Source: a virus
Taxonomy: Duplodnaviria > Caudoviricetes
DNA length: 64,000 bases
Virus record (IMG/VR): IMGVR_UViG_3300046678_000067
Coordinates: 32,001-96,000 of that record
Reading direction: 5' to 3' (one strand)
The position numbers were made by a program, and so were the translations under genes. Shown here piece by piece: positions 34,903 to 44,837 of the stretch; position 1 is the first letter of the stretch, and each line of letters begins with the position of its first letter. The notes under the pieces are model-generated. The model was not told where the DNA came from and ran no database searches. It was given only the letters and a program-made list of their open reading frames with translations.

Positions 34903-36342
34903 ATGTCTTTGAATACGATTCTGGCGGCAAACTTCATTCTTCTGTGCGACTCGTATAAGCTGCACCACTTTGCTGAGTATCCCGATGATACGGAATACAT
35001 CTACTCGACGGTGGTCCCGCGCAAGGCTTCTAGCTACACGAATGAGATTGTTGCAACTGGCGCGACTTTCGTTGCCGCTCAGCTGGCTGCAGTTCGCATC
35101 ACGCAAGAAATGATTGACGAAGCCGAACAGGAAGTCAACGCCTACGGTTATGAGTTCAACCGTAAGGATTGGGAAACGATTGTTCGTGAATATGAAGGTC
35201 GTCTGCCGTTGAATATCTTCGGTGTGGAAGAAGGTACTGTGGTTAAGCCCAATACTCCGATTCTGGGTATTGTGAATACTGACCCGCGTTTCTTCTGGCT
35301 CGTTTCCTACGTTGAAACCATTGTTCAACGTATTATGTGGAAGATGACCACAGTTGCCTCGATCAGCCGTTATTGCTACAAGGCTCTTGAAGCTGCTACG
35401 GAGCGCACCGGCGCGACTGAGGCTCTCCTGGAATACAAGCTGCATAACTTTGGTGATCGCGGTGCTGATGGCGAAGATAGCGCGATTATGGCTGGTATCG
35501 CTCACGCAACTCTATTCAGCGGTTCGGACTGTTTGAGCGCAGGCCGTTACATCAAGAAGCTGTATCGCACCGGCAAGAACTATCTCAGTTCGGTTGATGC
35601 TACGGAACATAGCGTGATGTGCTCGCACTCGGACGCTAAGGCCAAGGATGACTTTGGTGCAGCTGAGATGTCGGTTACGCGTTTGGAAGAAGCAGTTAAG
35701 CGTACCCAGCGTGGCATTGGTATTCCGTTGCAGTCGGTTGTGATCGACACGTATGATGACGAGCGTTTCGTCAAGGAATATCTGGGCGAACGTCTGGCTG
35801 ACCGTATTATCAAGTCTGGTGGAGTTCTCGTTGCGCGTCCTGATTCTGGCGACCCGCTGACAAAGCCGATTGAAGTGATCGAGTGGCTGGAAGAGAAGTT
35901 TGGTTCCTCCAGAAACGACAAGGGTTTCCGGGTTCTGAATCCTGCGGTTCGTGTTATCCAAGGCGACGGCATCAATCAAGATTCTCTCGTGAAGATTCTG
36001 GAGAATCTGGTTGAATCGGGTTACTCGCTCGACAACCTGACATTCGGTATGGGTGGTGGTTTGACTCACGGTCCTGGCCGCGATGAGTTCTCGTTCTCGA
36101 TGAAGGCAACGGCGCGTCTGGGTGGTAGCGGTTGGGTTAATCTTCTGAAGGAACCTAAGACGGACGCATCGAAGAAGTCGCTGACCGGTCTTGCTCACAC
36201 GGTATACAGCGATGACGAACTGATCGTAGTTTCGGATTACACGGTATTCCAAGACCAGATCGGTTGGAAGCGTTACTTCCAAGAAGGTTATGTGGAGTAT
36301 GTTCCGAAGTTTGAAGCGGTTCGTGAACGTGCCCGAGCGTAA
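34903..36342 (+). CDS. nadV: Nicotinamide phosphoribosyltransferase
   Basis: DSYKLHH..YP, LHNFGDRG, ATEHSVM, VIDTYD, RPDSGDP, VIQGDGI, FGMGGGL. Confidence 0.95.
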   Translation: MSLNTILAANFILLCDSYKLHHFAEYPDDTEYIYSTVVPRKASSYTNEIVATGATFVAAQLAAVRITQEMIDEAEQEVNAYGYEFNRKDWETIVREYEGRLPLNIFGVEEGTVVKPNTPILGIVNTDPRFFWLVSYVETIVQRIMWKMTTVASISRYCYKALEAATERTGATEALLEYKLHNFGDRGADGEDSAIMAGIAHATLFSGSDCLSAGRYIKKLYRTGKNYLSSVDATEHSVMCSHSDAKAKDDFGAAEMSVTRLEEAVKRTQRGIGIPLQSVVIDTYDDERFVKEYLGERLADRIIKSGGVLVARPDSGDPLTKPIEVIEWLEEKFGSSRNDKGFRVLNPAVRVIQGDGINQDSLVKILENLVESGYSLDNLTFGMGGGLTHGPGRDEFSFSMKATARLGGSGWVNLLKEPKTDASKKSLTGLAHTVYSDDELIVVSDYTVFQDQIGWKRYFQEGYVEYVPKFEAVRERARA

Positions 36343-36382
36343 GGTTATTTGCGTAGAATACAAGTCTTTCGACTTTAGGAGT

Positions 36383-36580
36383 ATGAACCATGGAGTCGAA
36401 AGACGTAAGGCGATCATTGATCATATTCTACAATCCTCTAATGGCCTATGCGTAAATCGTAAGTATTGTCTTCAGATTGATGAAGATTCTGATCTGAAGT
36501 ATCTATTGAAGAAAGGTATTCTCACCAGAGATCGTTGGGGATTCCGAGGCACCAAAAACACATACTTGATTCTCAAATAG
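36383..36580 (+). CDS. Hypothetical protein
   Basis: AGGAG RBS before MNHGVERRK. Confidence 0.6.
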   Translation: MNHGVERRKAIIDHILQSSNGLCVNRKYCLQIDEDSDLKYLLKKGILTRDRWGFRGTKNTYLILK

Positions 36581-36581
36581 C

Positions 36582-36613
36582 AAAAAGCCCCTCTGTGAAG
36601 AGGGGCTTTTCTT
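36582..36613. terminator. Bidirectional terminator between early and late blocks
   Basis: AAAAAGCCCCTCT-GTGA-AGAGGGGCTTTT. Confidence 0.85.
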
Positions 36614-36925
36614 TTAGGTCGCTAGGACAACGTTAGCTACTGCGCCTGTACCCGTAATTGCAGTTACGTTAGCAAGTACATAAGCGTAAGCATCCGTAGA
36701 TGTAAACACTTGAGTAGGAGCAGTATTGGTTAGCGTAAAGGTATTCAAAGTGAACCAAAATACGCCATCGTTAGAAACTTGGATTTGAACCGTAGCAGAA
36801 TAGGTTCCGGTTCCGCCTAGAGTTGCTTGATAAGAACGAACGTTACCAAGACCAGAGATTTGAGTTGCAGGGACTGCGCCGGTTACTGTTGCTCCGGCTA
36901 GAATTTGTTTGATGCGAAAAGACAT
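36614..36925 (-). CDS. Small beta-rich virion (possibly decoration) protein
   Basis: Directly after capsid gene; VQIQVSNDGVFW. Confidence 0.6.
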   Translation of the reverse strand: MSFRIKQILAGATVTGAVPATQISGLGNVRSYQATLGGTGTYSATVQIQVSNDGVFWFTLNTFTLTNTAPTQVFTSTDAYAYVLANVTAITGTGAVANVVLAT

Positions 36926-37018
36926 ATAATTTCTCCAATTCTATTAGACAAAAACCCTCAGGACTTCTCCTGAGGGTTTCTTTTGTTTCTATAAGAAGCG
37001 GGGCGAACCCCGCATTTC

Positions 37019-38314
37019 TTAGAACAACTTCGTTACGACAGCCTTGCGGTAGAAACCGTTTTCGCCTTGGCCTAGACCAGCGCCAGTAGCAGGAGTACCC
37101 GTAGCATCTTGCTTGTAGAACGGGTTAGCAGAGATTGCATAACGCGTCTTAAAGCCCATTCTTGGGTTAAAATTGTCTTCACCAACAGTACGGTACATTT
37201 CCAACGGAGTGTACGGGCTGTAGAAAATACCAGCGTCCATTTCGTTAGCGCCCTTGTAAGCTACGCAGTAGAACTCGCGATCAGCATACGGGTCGATGTG
37301 TACGCGCATACCGTTAGCCAATACACCGGCGAACGTGCTAGACGTAGAATCAACCTTGATAGACGTTGCTAGGTTCGGGTTGTACTCTAGAACACCAGCC
37401 ATTGCCAAAGCAGAAGCGACGTTCGGAGAAACTAGCAAACGATTACCCTTACCACGCTTCGTATCGATAGCGATAGCGTTAGCGTCCAATTCGATTTGGA
37501 ACAATAGACCCTTCCAACGTTCCATCATCCAACGACCGTCAGTATCAACAGTTACGTCGAATAGACCAGCCTTCGTTGCACCAGCAGCGCCGTATTTAGC
37601 AGCGATCAACATCGTGCGGATGAACTCACGGTTCATTTCAGCTTGGATTTCGGTCACTAGCATTTCGCTTAGGATCGAGTCAACTTCAAGACCGTGAACA
37701 GCTTGCATGTCTTGACGTAGTTCGTGCGTGTAGTCAGCGAATAGACCACGAGCCTTTGCAGACACGGTCGTCTTTTCGATGCTGAAAGCCATCTGCGCCC
37801 AAGGAGTCGTAGACCCTAGAGATTCAGCAGTAGCCGTAGCCATACCAGTACCAGCAGAAGGATCAACAGCTGGGTTGCCAGCGGCTTGGTAGCCAGCAGG
37901 TAGACCAGTCGTAGAACCAGCTTGCGCACCTGCACCAGAGAATGCAGAGTTAGCTTCGTTGAATAGAGCTTCAGCGCCGGTTTGGTTCGTGTAACGCGAA
38001 CGCATTGCGAATACTAGACCATCAGGAGTCTTTAGCGGTTGTACGCCGAAGAATTCCATGCTGATAAGCATCGGAGGCAAACGCTTTGCCATCTTGATAA
38101 GAACGGGAGACCACGTAGCAACAGACGTGCCAGTAGCATTGGTCGAAGCAGCAGTTTCCAATAGGAATTGCTGATTAGACTTACACCAGTTTTCTTGGTT
38201 TTCCAAGAGACGTGCGGCGATCTTCGCTTGGTTTAGTTCAGCAGCTGATTGAGAGTCGGTGGACTCAATAACAGGCTTCCACTTGTTTAGCATTTCTTCA
38301 GTGACGAGTGCCAT
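37019..38314 (-). CDS. 23: Major capsid protein gp23
   Basis: KWKPVI, LLENQ, GVQPL..P.GLVFAMRSRY, ELRQDMQAVHG, YSPYTPL, GFKTRY. Confidence 0.97.
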   Translation of the reverse strand: MALVTEEMLNKWKPVIESTDSQSAAELNQAKIAARLLENQENWCKSNQQFLLETAASTNATGTSVATWSPVLIKMAKRLPPMLISMEFFGVQPLKTPDGLVFAMRSRYTNQTGAEALFNEANSAFSGAGAQAGSTTGLPAGYQAAGNPAVDPSAGTGMATATAESLGSTTPWAQMAFSIEKTTVSAKARGLFADYTHELRQDMQAVHGLEVDSILSEMLVTEIQAEMNREFIRTMLIAAKYGAAGATKAGLFDVTVDTDGRWMMERWKGLLFQIELDANAIAIDTKRGKGNRLLVSPNVASALAMAGVLEYNPNLATSIKVDSTSSTFAGVLANGMRVHIDPYADREFYCVAYKGANEMDAGIFYSPYTPLEMYRTVGEDNFNPRMGFKTRYAISANPFYKQDATGTPATGAGLGQGENGFYRKAVVTKLF

Positions 38315-38570
38315 TTGTATTTCCTATTAAAGTTTTAACATACAACTATATTTAGAGGATGTTTTGCAAACGCCATCCTCATAGGTTTCTAATCGAGTCC
38401 AATACTCAAAGAGAATTTTTATAAAGGGAGGTTTGCGCTCCCTTTTGATTCATATCTACTAATACTTAGTTCTCTAAGCAGAAGATTGAATCGAAACAAA
38501 AACGGGGAGGGTTACTCCCCGTGCGATAGTCTTGTACTTCCCTATCGCCTCAAAGATATTTAGTTGCCGA

Positions 38571-39464
38571 TTACTTGAACAACTTCAACGTTTCTGCAAC
38601 CATATCCGCTTCGAAGTGAGGCGCATAGTTATCGCGTGCGTGTTGGTAAGCTTCAGTTACTGGATCCTTCACGACTGCGCCCTTACCAGTTGCACCTTCA
38701 GCAGAGCCGGTAGCTCCACCTTCAGCACCAGCTGGCTTTGTTACTAGAACACCTTCAGGATTTTCAACGCCAGTAGAGGCAGAGTCAATCGGGCTAGTAG
38801 CAATAGGAGTCTTGTCATCAGTTACTGCAACAACAGTACCGTCAGTGTTGAATGTACCCTTGATGGTCTTGCCACCAACAGCTTCAACAACTAGAGCAGC
38901 CTTAGCACGGAAGTCATCTTCAGACTTGAAGTCAAATGCTTCCAATAGCTTAGAAACGCGATGAATTTGCGTGTCGGCTAGACCTTCGGTAACTTGACCG
39001 ATGATTTCCTTAACCTTGATTTGGACGAGCTTAGATTCAGCTTCGACTAGAGCAGTCTTAGCAGCAGTCGCTTCAGCAACTAGAGCAGCATTAGCTTCTT
39101 GTAGCTTGACTAGTTCCTTACCAGCGGTGTCGCCAGTTAGTTCAATGTCAGCCTTTTCGAAAACGCCTTTTAGACCTTGTAGGAATGACTCAGCGATCTG
39201 ACCCTTGATTTGAGAGTCTAGAGCAACTGCGTTTTCCTTGGCCCATTCTAGGACGGTTTCTTCAACTAGCGCATCAACGGTCTTAACCGCTTCAGCAGCA
39301 AATTCAGCCTTAGCTTCAACTAGCTTTGCATCGTATGATTCTTGGATCTTAACGAGTTCAGCCTTGACGCTTTCGTCAACAGCAGCTTCGAAAAGAGTCG
39401 TTGTCTTTTCTTTGAAATCTGCTGGAAGTTCAGCGTTTTCAAAAAGGGCTTTTAGTAGTTCCAT
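38571..39464 (-). CDS. 22: Prohead scaffold gp22
   Basis: FKEKTTTLFEAAV, EWAKENAVAL, AESFLQGLKGVF. Confidence 0.9.
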   Translation of the reverse strand: MELLKALFENAELPADFKEKTTTLFEAAVDESVKAELVKIQESYDAKLVEAKAEFAAEAVKTVDALVEETVLEWAKENAVALDSQIKGQIAESFLQGLKGVFEKADIELTGDTAGKELVKLQEANAALVAEATAAKTALVEAESKLVQIKVKEIIGQVTEGLADTQIHRVSKLLEAFDFKSEDDFRAKAALVVEAVGGKTIKGTFNTDGTVVAVTDDKTPIATSPIDSASTGVENPEGVLVTKPAGAEGGATGSAEGATGKGAVVKDPVTEAYQHARDNYAPHFEADMVAETLKLFK

Positions 39465-39525
39465 TTTTGTTCCTTGAGGTAATTCGTTTATAGAGAATAT
39501 TTAGTTGGGATTTTAACCCACCCGA

Positions 39526-40155
39526 TTATTTAGACTTCTTGATTTCTTGAATCAATTGTTCAAACTTTTCCAAGAATAGTGCTTGAGCCTTTTCTCGGTT
39601 CTCTTTCTCAACCCAAATTCCGCCTTCCTGAACCCACTCAGTAGATTCCTTTAGGGCGTTCATATAGCAGTTTTGTCCCGAAGGCATATCAACTGCATCA
39701 ATGGCGTTGAGCATATATTCTGTGACATACTTCTGGCCTGAACGTTCTACAACGTTACCAAGACCGCGAGTAGACATCCCCATGCGGAAGCCAGCTTCCA
39801 CTAGAGATTTAATTTGTTGTCCGTGAATATTATTTAGTACGCGTGCTTTACCAATAACATCAGTCCCTTGCCAAGTAAGAGATTCGATGTAGACAGCCGC
39901 TTCTTTGATATTAGGGAAAGGATAATCAGGGTGATTTAGTTCACCAATCGCACGATTAGCATTTAGGTAGGTTTGGATGTAAGAATCAACCGAACTTTCC
40001 ATCATTGCTTTTTCGTAGATACGACCGTTGCGGTTACGCTTTTCGGTCATGATCATTGGACCTTCCAAGTATAGAACCTTACCGTCAGAAGTCTGCTCGG
40101 TAAGGGTTTCCATATTCGGTGCCCATTCTCTTAGAAAGAGCATCGGCTTGTTCAT
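39526..40155 (-). CDS. 21: Prohead protease gp21
   Basis: NRNGRIY, GELNHP, GMSTRGLG, DAVDMPS. Confidence 0.95.
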   Translation of the reverse strand: MNKPMLFLREWAPNMETLTEQTSDGKVLYLEGPMIMTEKRNRNGRIYEKAMMESSVDSYIQTYLNANRAIGELNHPDYPFPNIKEAAVYIESLTWQGTDVIGKARVLNNIHGQQIKSLVEAGFRMGMSTRGLGNVVERSGQKYVTEYMLNAIDAVDMPSGQNCYMNALKESTEWVQEGGIWVEKENREKAQALFLEKFEQLIQEIKKSK

Positions 40156-40157
40156 GA

Positions 40158-40592
40158 TTAAGCCTTAACGCCAGGAGGCGTTCCGCCCGGTGGCGTGAAT
40201 CCACCTTCTTGCTTATATAGCCCATTTCCAACGGTAGCCTTTCCGCCGTCAGTCTTGACACCAGGAGCAACTCCGCCTTCAGGAGTGAAATCGCCAGCAG
40301 CTTTGTATAGAGTACCACCATCGACAGTTAGAAGTTCTAGTATACCATCACCAAGAACTTGCTTAACGATAACCTTAGCACCAGCAGCGTTTACGCCGTA
40401 GTCGCCAACCTTAATACCAGGCGGCTGGAAGGTCATTTCGCCTTCAAACAAAGATTTAGCTACGAATTTTGTACTATCTGCGCGGAACTGACCGGCACGT
40501 GCATCCAAAAGCGCCTTTAGAGCAGTCTTGGCTTCAGTTACCTTAGTTGCATCACCAGACAGAAACGAATTGATGATTTCTTGATTTTCCAT
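40158..40592 (-). CDS. Prohead core protein (gp67/68 position)
   Basis: Between portal and protease; start MENQEII. Confidence 0.6.
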   Translation of the reverse strand: MENQEIINSFLSGDATKVTEAKTALKALLDARAGQFRADSTKFVAKSLFEGEMTFQPPGIKVGDYGVNAAGAKVIVKQVLGDGILELLTVDGGTLYKAAGDFTPEGGVAPGVKTDGGKATVGNGLYKQEGGFTPPGGTPPGVKA

Positions 40593-40602
40593 AATGATTC
40601 CT

Positions 40603-42276
40603 TTATTTAGCTTTGGGTGCAGGAGGTTTAGTTGCCTTAGCAACTTTGATCTGCGCATCTAGTTGGTCGTCGTGGATACCTGCATCCATATCGGCTTGAT
40701 CTTGTGGGGACATATATTCACCAGCTGCGATTTCTTCATCAATCTCAGACTTGGTTTCCGCAATTTCCTCATCCGTCATTCTCAGAATCTTCTTCTGTAC
40801 TTGACGTTTAGAGAAGTATTTACCAACATATTCATCAGCTTGAGCAAGAGCTTCCAAGCGACCTTCCATGATCTGAGCTTCTTGTTCTTCCTTAACAAAC
40901 TCATCCGAAGCATACTGGAAGGTGATTAGAGGTAGAACAATATCATCCCAATCGTCAGCAGTCGTGATACCCTTAAGGATCAATTGAGTACGCAGCAAGT
41001 CCAAGAACAATCCGTTGAAGCGGCGACGTAGGCGCTGTACAAACTTATTGAACTTGATTTCGTCACGGTTAATTTCTGTCGCGCGATTACCGATGGAGAT
41101 AGTTGCTTCGTTTTCCAAACGAGACTTCGGCACATTCAGAGACTCTAGGAGTTTCTTCTGGAAGTAGCGCAAGTCATCAATCTGACCTAGGTTCTCACCC
41201 GCAGGCAATGTATCGATCTCAGTTCCTCGCCCACCTTCACGGCGCGGCAACCAATAATCTTCCATCATTGAAACTTGATGCGAGTTGCCCTTTACCTTAC
41301 CAGTCGTGCCGTCATAAACCAATTTAGTCTTGTATTTATTGATCAGGCTCATCATGTATTCTTCAGCACCCTTCTTAGGAAGTGTACCAACGTCTACATA
41401 GAAAATACGACGTTCAGGCGCGCGTGTAATACGATAGATTACACAAGCGTCTTCAAGCATACGCAAGTTATTTAGCGGCTTTCTAGCCTTCTCAAGATGA
41501 CCTAGGATAAGGTTACCAGAGTCACCAGAGATAATCCCGCTATGCACGAATGCGATGGTGTCTAGGCTGAGCTCTAGAGCCTGGTTTACGCGGCTGACTA
41601 GGTTAGACCTAGCTCCGGTATCGTTCGATGTCGTAGAGGCGTAGGAAGGGTCATATAGGAAGTAGGAGCGGGTGTCTACGATGCGATCAACCTGAGTCGT
41701 CGGATCGGTTTCCGTTGCAATTTCCTTGATCTTCTTAATAGCACGAGAATCTAGGTTGACCAGTTTAAGAATGCCCTTCTTAGGTGCATTCGGGTCAATA
41801 ATTTTGTGGTAGTAGAGTCTACCATCAACGTAGAATTGTTTGAAGATTTCGTAAGAGCGTAGGTCAAACTTTAGCAGACGAACAAGATAATCAAACTCTT
41901 TGGTAATCTTATCTTTCGTGTCTTGAGATAGACCATCCTGCTTATCATCAATCTGAATAGCAACCGGGCCTTCATCAGCGTCTGCGGTTACAGCTTCGTT
42001 GATAATATCGTCTACTGCGCGATCCACTTCTGAGTGGATTACCATAGAGCGATATTCATTGATGACTTCAGCCTGATTACGCAGGTCTAGCGAATTAGCA
42101 AAACCTGATGTGTAATAATGGTTTACGTCAATTAGATCGGACGCATCATCGTTCTCGACAGCCACAAGGGTCTGCTTCTGGATGATCTTCTGTTCTGCTT
42201 CGCGCTCTGGATTTGCAAACTCGGTGCCTAGGAATAGGCGTGAGAAGCCGTTGCGAATAGATGATTGGAGTGCCAT
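40603..42276 (-). CDS. 20: Portal protein gp20
   Basis: YRITRAPERRIFYVDVG, MMEDYWLPRREGGRGTEI. Confidence 0.97.
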   Translation of the reverse strand: MALQSSIRNGFSRLFLGTEFANPEREAEQKIIQKQTLVAVENDDASDLIDVNHYYTSGFANSLDLRNQAEVINEYRSMVIHSEVDRAVDDIINEAVTADADEGPVAIQIDDKQDGLSQDTKDKITKEFDYLVRLLKFDLRSYEIFKQFYVDGRLYYHKIIDPNAPKKGILKLVNLDSRAIKKIKEIATETDPTTQVDRIVDTRSYFLYDPSYASTTSNDTGARSNLVSRVNQALELSLDTIAFVHSGIISGDSGNLILGHLEKARKPLNNLRMLEDACVIYRITRAPERRIFYVDVGTLPKKGAEEYMMSLINKYKTKLVYDGTTGKVKGNSHQVSMMEDYWLPRREGGRGTEIDTLPAGENLGQIDDLRYFQKKLLESLNVPKSRLENEATISIGNRATEINRDEIKFNKFVQRLRRRFNGLFLDLLRTQLILKGITTADDWDDIVLPLITFQYASDEFVKEEQEAQIMEGRLEALAQADEYVGKYFSKRQVQKKILRMTDEEIAETKSEIDEEIAAGEYMSPQDQADMDAGIHDDQLDAQIKVAKATKPPAPKAK

Positions 42277-42361
42277 AGTGCCCTCGTTAATGTAGTATTA
42301 ATATTTAGGGCAATCCTCAAATCAAAAGGGACTCGTGAGAATCCCTTTCTTTATTTGAAGA

Positions 42362-42889
42362 TTACAGCGTAACGTTAGGCTGGCTGTAGTTGACGTAACG
42401 GAAAGTCACATCATACTGGGCATAGCCGTCCATTTCACCCGAATCCATAGACATCTGACCAACCGTAGCGGGCCAAGCATCATGTAGGACATAGGTCTTA
42501 GTTACTTGATCGTTCACGTCTAGAAGTTCTAGCGTGATGTCGTTCATAATCTGGTCAAGAGCGGTTAGGCCAGTGTTGCTGTCGGAACCGTTGATGTTTT
42601 CGGACCATTTCTGGAACGCGTTATATACATTCTGGTCGTTTACACCAATGAACGTAATAGCGAATTCTTCATAGGTACGATCACCAGGAACCGGCAAAGT
42701 ACGACCACCCCAAGTTAGTTCGATAACGCCTACCGCCGCAGAGGGAGTAGAAGTTGTACGAGCTAGCAAAGAGGCTTGTTGAGCATCAGCTTGACTACCG
42801 GCATAACCAGGTAGATTGATGGTGACGCGCCAACGGTTGGTACGAACTAGACCAGACTTGACCGCTTGACGTAGTTGAGAAATCTGCAT
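42362..42889 (-). CDS. 19: Tail tube gp19
   Basis: RTNRWRV, VPGDRTYEE, AWPATVG. Confidence 0.92.
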   Translation of the reverse strand: MQISQLRQAVKSGLVRTNRWRVTINLPGYAGSQADAQQASLLARTTSTPSAAVGVIELTWGGRTLPVPGDRTYEEFAITFIGVNDQNVYNAFQKWSENINGSDSNTGLTALDQIMNDITLELLDVNDQVTKTYVLHDAWPATVGQMSMDSGEMDGYAQYDVTFRYVNYSQPNVTL

Positions 42890-42930
42890 TTTATATCCTT
42901 TTAAAAAGGGGAGACAAGCTCCCCATCAGA

Positions 42931-44787
42931 TTACGAGTTTTCCGTGAAAGCAACGTCAGGGCGAACAGCTGACAAGTTCAACACGACCCAGTTGATAGAG
43001 TATGTTGGCTTTAGTAGCAACTGAACAACCATCTTGTTCTGCAAGCGCGTATCAGCGTCGTTGTTGACTTCGTTACAGATGACACGGAAGTCTTCAAAAG
43101 CGCGTTGGTTCATCATGTTACGCAGGAACGGAGTCGCAGCGTTAACAAATTGAGAACGTGTGATAGCGTCGTTGATTTCAAACAAGAAGTAACGAGCCAT
43201 AGAAGCAACGCTCTCTTTCGCTACGATGAATGCCCAACGGACATTAACGCGGCTGAAAGCAGAAGGACGTTGAGTCAAAGTCTTATCGCCGTATAGAACA
43301 ATACCGTCAGCCGGGAAGGTAACGATGCTGTTGATACCAAACGGATATAGCGCGTCGCGGTCGCCTTGAGCTGCAGACCATGCCATCTTCGTGTAGTTCA
43401 AGTACTTGCCGCGAGTCAAACCAGCTGGAGAAGTCCAAGGAGTTTGATTAACGAACGTGCGAGCGAAGATACCTGCGGTTCCGCCAGTAGCAGGAATCCA
43501 ACGGTAAACATCGTTGTACTTGTCGTAGATGTAACCCCAGTTGTCTACTGCGAAGCCGTAGTTAGAGTCACGAACTAGACGGTTCTTACGCCAATCTAGA
43601 ACAGAAGCAACTTCATTACCACGATTATTCACAACGTCAGACATACGCGGAGCTACGAACGGCATGCAGTTAGCGCGAATTTCAGCAACGTCGATAATAG
43701 CAGCTTGTTCAGCTTCAGAGCAATCAGGAGCGATTAGGAACTGAATGTCATAGGCTTCGCTGTTCTCGAATAGTTGGAAACCTTCAGTTACGTTAATAAC
43801 TTGGTCATCAACACCGTTAGTAAGCGTTGTAATACGGTTAGATAGAGCAACTGACTTATCTCCTACGCGAACGTAAGAAGAACCCTTGTTGATCGCATCA
43901 GCGAAGTACTGGGTAGTACCGTCATCCAAGCGAGCAGTCGGGTTAGACGTCATCAATTCAAACTTTTCTAGAACACCACCTAGCGAACCAGAGCTAACAA
44001 TAGTCGTTACGAATGTTAGACCATTTTGCGCAGCCGGTGCTGGAGTCACAGTAGAGTAACCAACGTTCTTTTCAACGTAAGTCACAACTGCGCCAACGGC
44101 AGTAACAGAAGCGAACAGCGCTTGAATGCCAGCAGTAGCTGCGATCTTAGCGGCCACTTGAGCAGCAGTATCGTTTACAGCAACGGTAACAGGAACGCCA
44201 AAAATTGTAATGCTGGTAGCTGCCGTAGCAGAACCGCTTACATATAGATTTTCTTTTTGAGCTGCAGCAGCAGAACCAGTCCAATATCCGGCAGTGTCTA
44301 GAACAGCAATAGCGTATTCATTAGCTTGCGGAGTATAGGTGAAGTGTTGCTGTAGTTCGTGTCCGGCAAAGTGAGCGTTGTCGATTAGAACAACAGCAAG
44401 ACCATTACCTGCGACACCTGGGAACTTAGCAAGGAAGTCAACACCGGCGAAAGTGCCTTGTTCAAAGTCTGCGTCGTTCTTCACTAATTTGGCCGTTTGG
44501 CCAGTAGGGAATGCGTTGCGCGCTGCAGTGCCTACTTGACGGTTGACAATCGCTGCATTAGAATATGCAAAGAAGTCAATCATTGGCATTACATACGGCC
44601 ACGTTAGGCTATCAGGAATACCGAATTTGGCTACAAATTCCTTTTCGCCTAGAGTGATTTGAGTGGGTTCGTCAACCGGACCCCACTGGAATGCACCAGA
44701 AATAGCACCAACTTTGTTCGCTACTTGCTGGGTATATAGGGTTTGATCGCTCTCAGAAGTGAGAACAGCTGGCGATAAAAATAGCAT
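42931..44787 (-). CDS. 18: Tail sheath gp18
   Basis: LSPAV, FQWGP, YDKYND..RWIP, SPAGLTRG, LYGDKT, RVNVR. Confidence 0.96.
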   Translation of the reverse strand: MLFLSPAVLTSESDQTLYTQQVANKVGAISGAFQWGPVDEPTQITLGEKEFVAKFGIPDSLTWPYVMPMIDFFAYSNAAIVNRQVGTAARNAFPTGQTAKLVKNDADFEQGTFAGVDFLAKFPGVAGNGLAVVLIDNAHFAGHELQQHFTYTPQANEYAIAVLDTAGYWTGSAAAAQKENLYVSGSATAATSITIFGVPVTVAVNDTAAQVAAKIAATAGIQALFASVTAVGAVVTYVEKNVGYSTVTPAPAAQNGLTFVTTIVSSGSLGGVLEKFELMTSNPTARLDDGTTQYFADAINKGSSYVRVGDKSVALSNRITTLTNGVDDQVINVTEGFQLFENSEAYDIQFLIAPDCSEAEQAAIIDVAEIRANCMPFVAPRMSDVVNNRGNEVASVLDWRKNRLVRDSNYGFAVDNWGYIYDKYNDVYRWIPATGGTAGIFARTFVNQTPWTSPAGLTRGKYLNYTKMAWSAAQGDRDALYPFGINSIVTFPADGIVLYGDKTLTQRPSAFSRVNVRWAFIVAKESVASMARYFLFEINDAITRSQFVNAATPFLRNMMNQRAFEDFRVICNEVNNDADTRLQNKMVVQLLLKPTYSINWVVLNLSAVRPDVAFTENS

Positions 44788-44827
44788 AAATCTTCCTTTA
44801 TCTTGTGTTTAGGGTACAACCTAGTAA

Positions 44828-44834
44828 TATTTAG
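44828..44834 (-). promoter_or_regulatory. Late promoter motif CTAAATA (representative copy)
   Basis: Same motif upstream of late genes at 38349, 38557, 39498, 42302, 48643, 54800, also 9408 and 17391. Confidence 0.75.
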
Positions 44835-44837
44835 ACG

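Noticed and set aside
33810-36417. Long minus-strand ORFs (277, 219, 301 aa)
   Set aside because: Shadows of NadM-Nudix and nadV.
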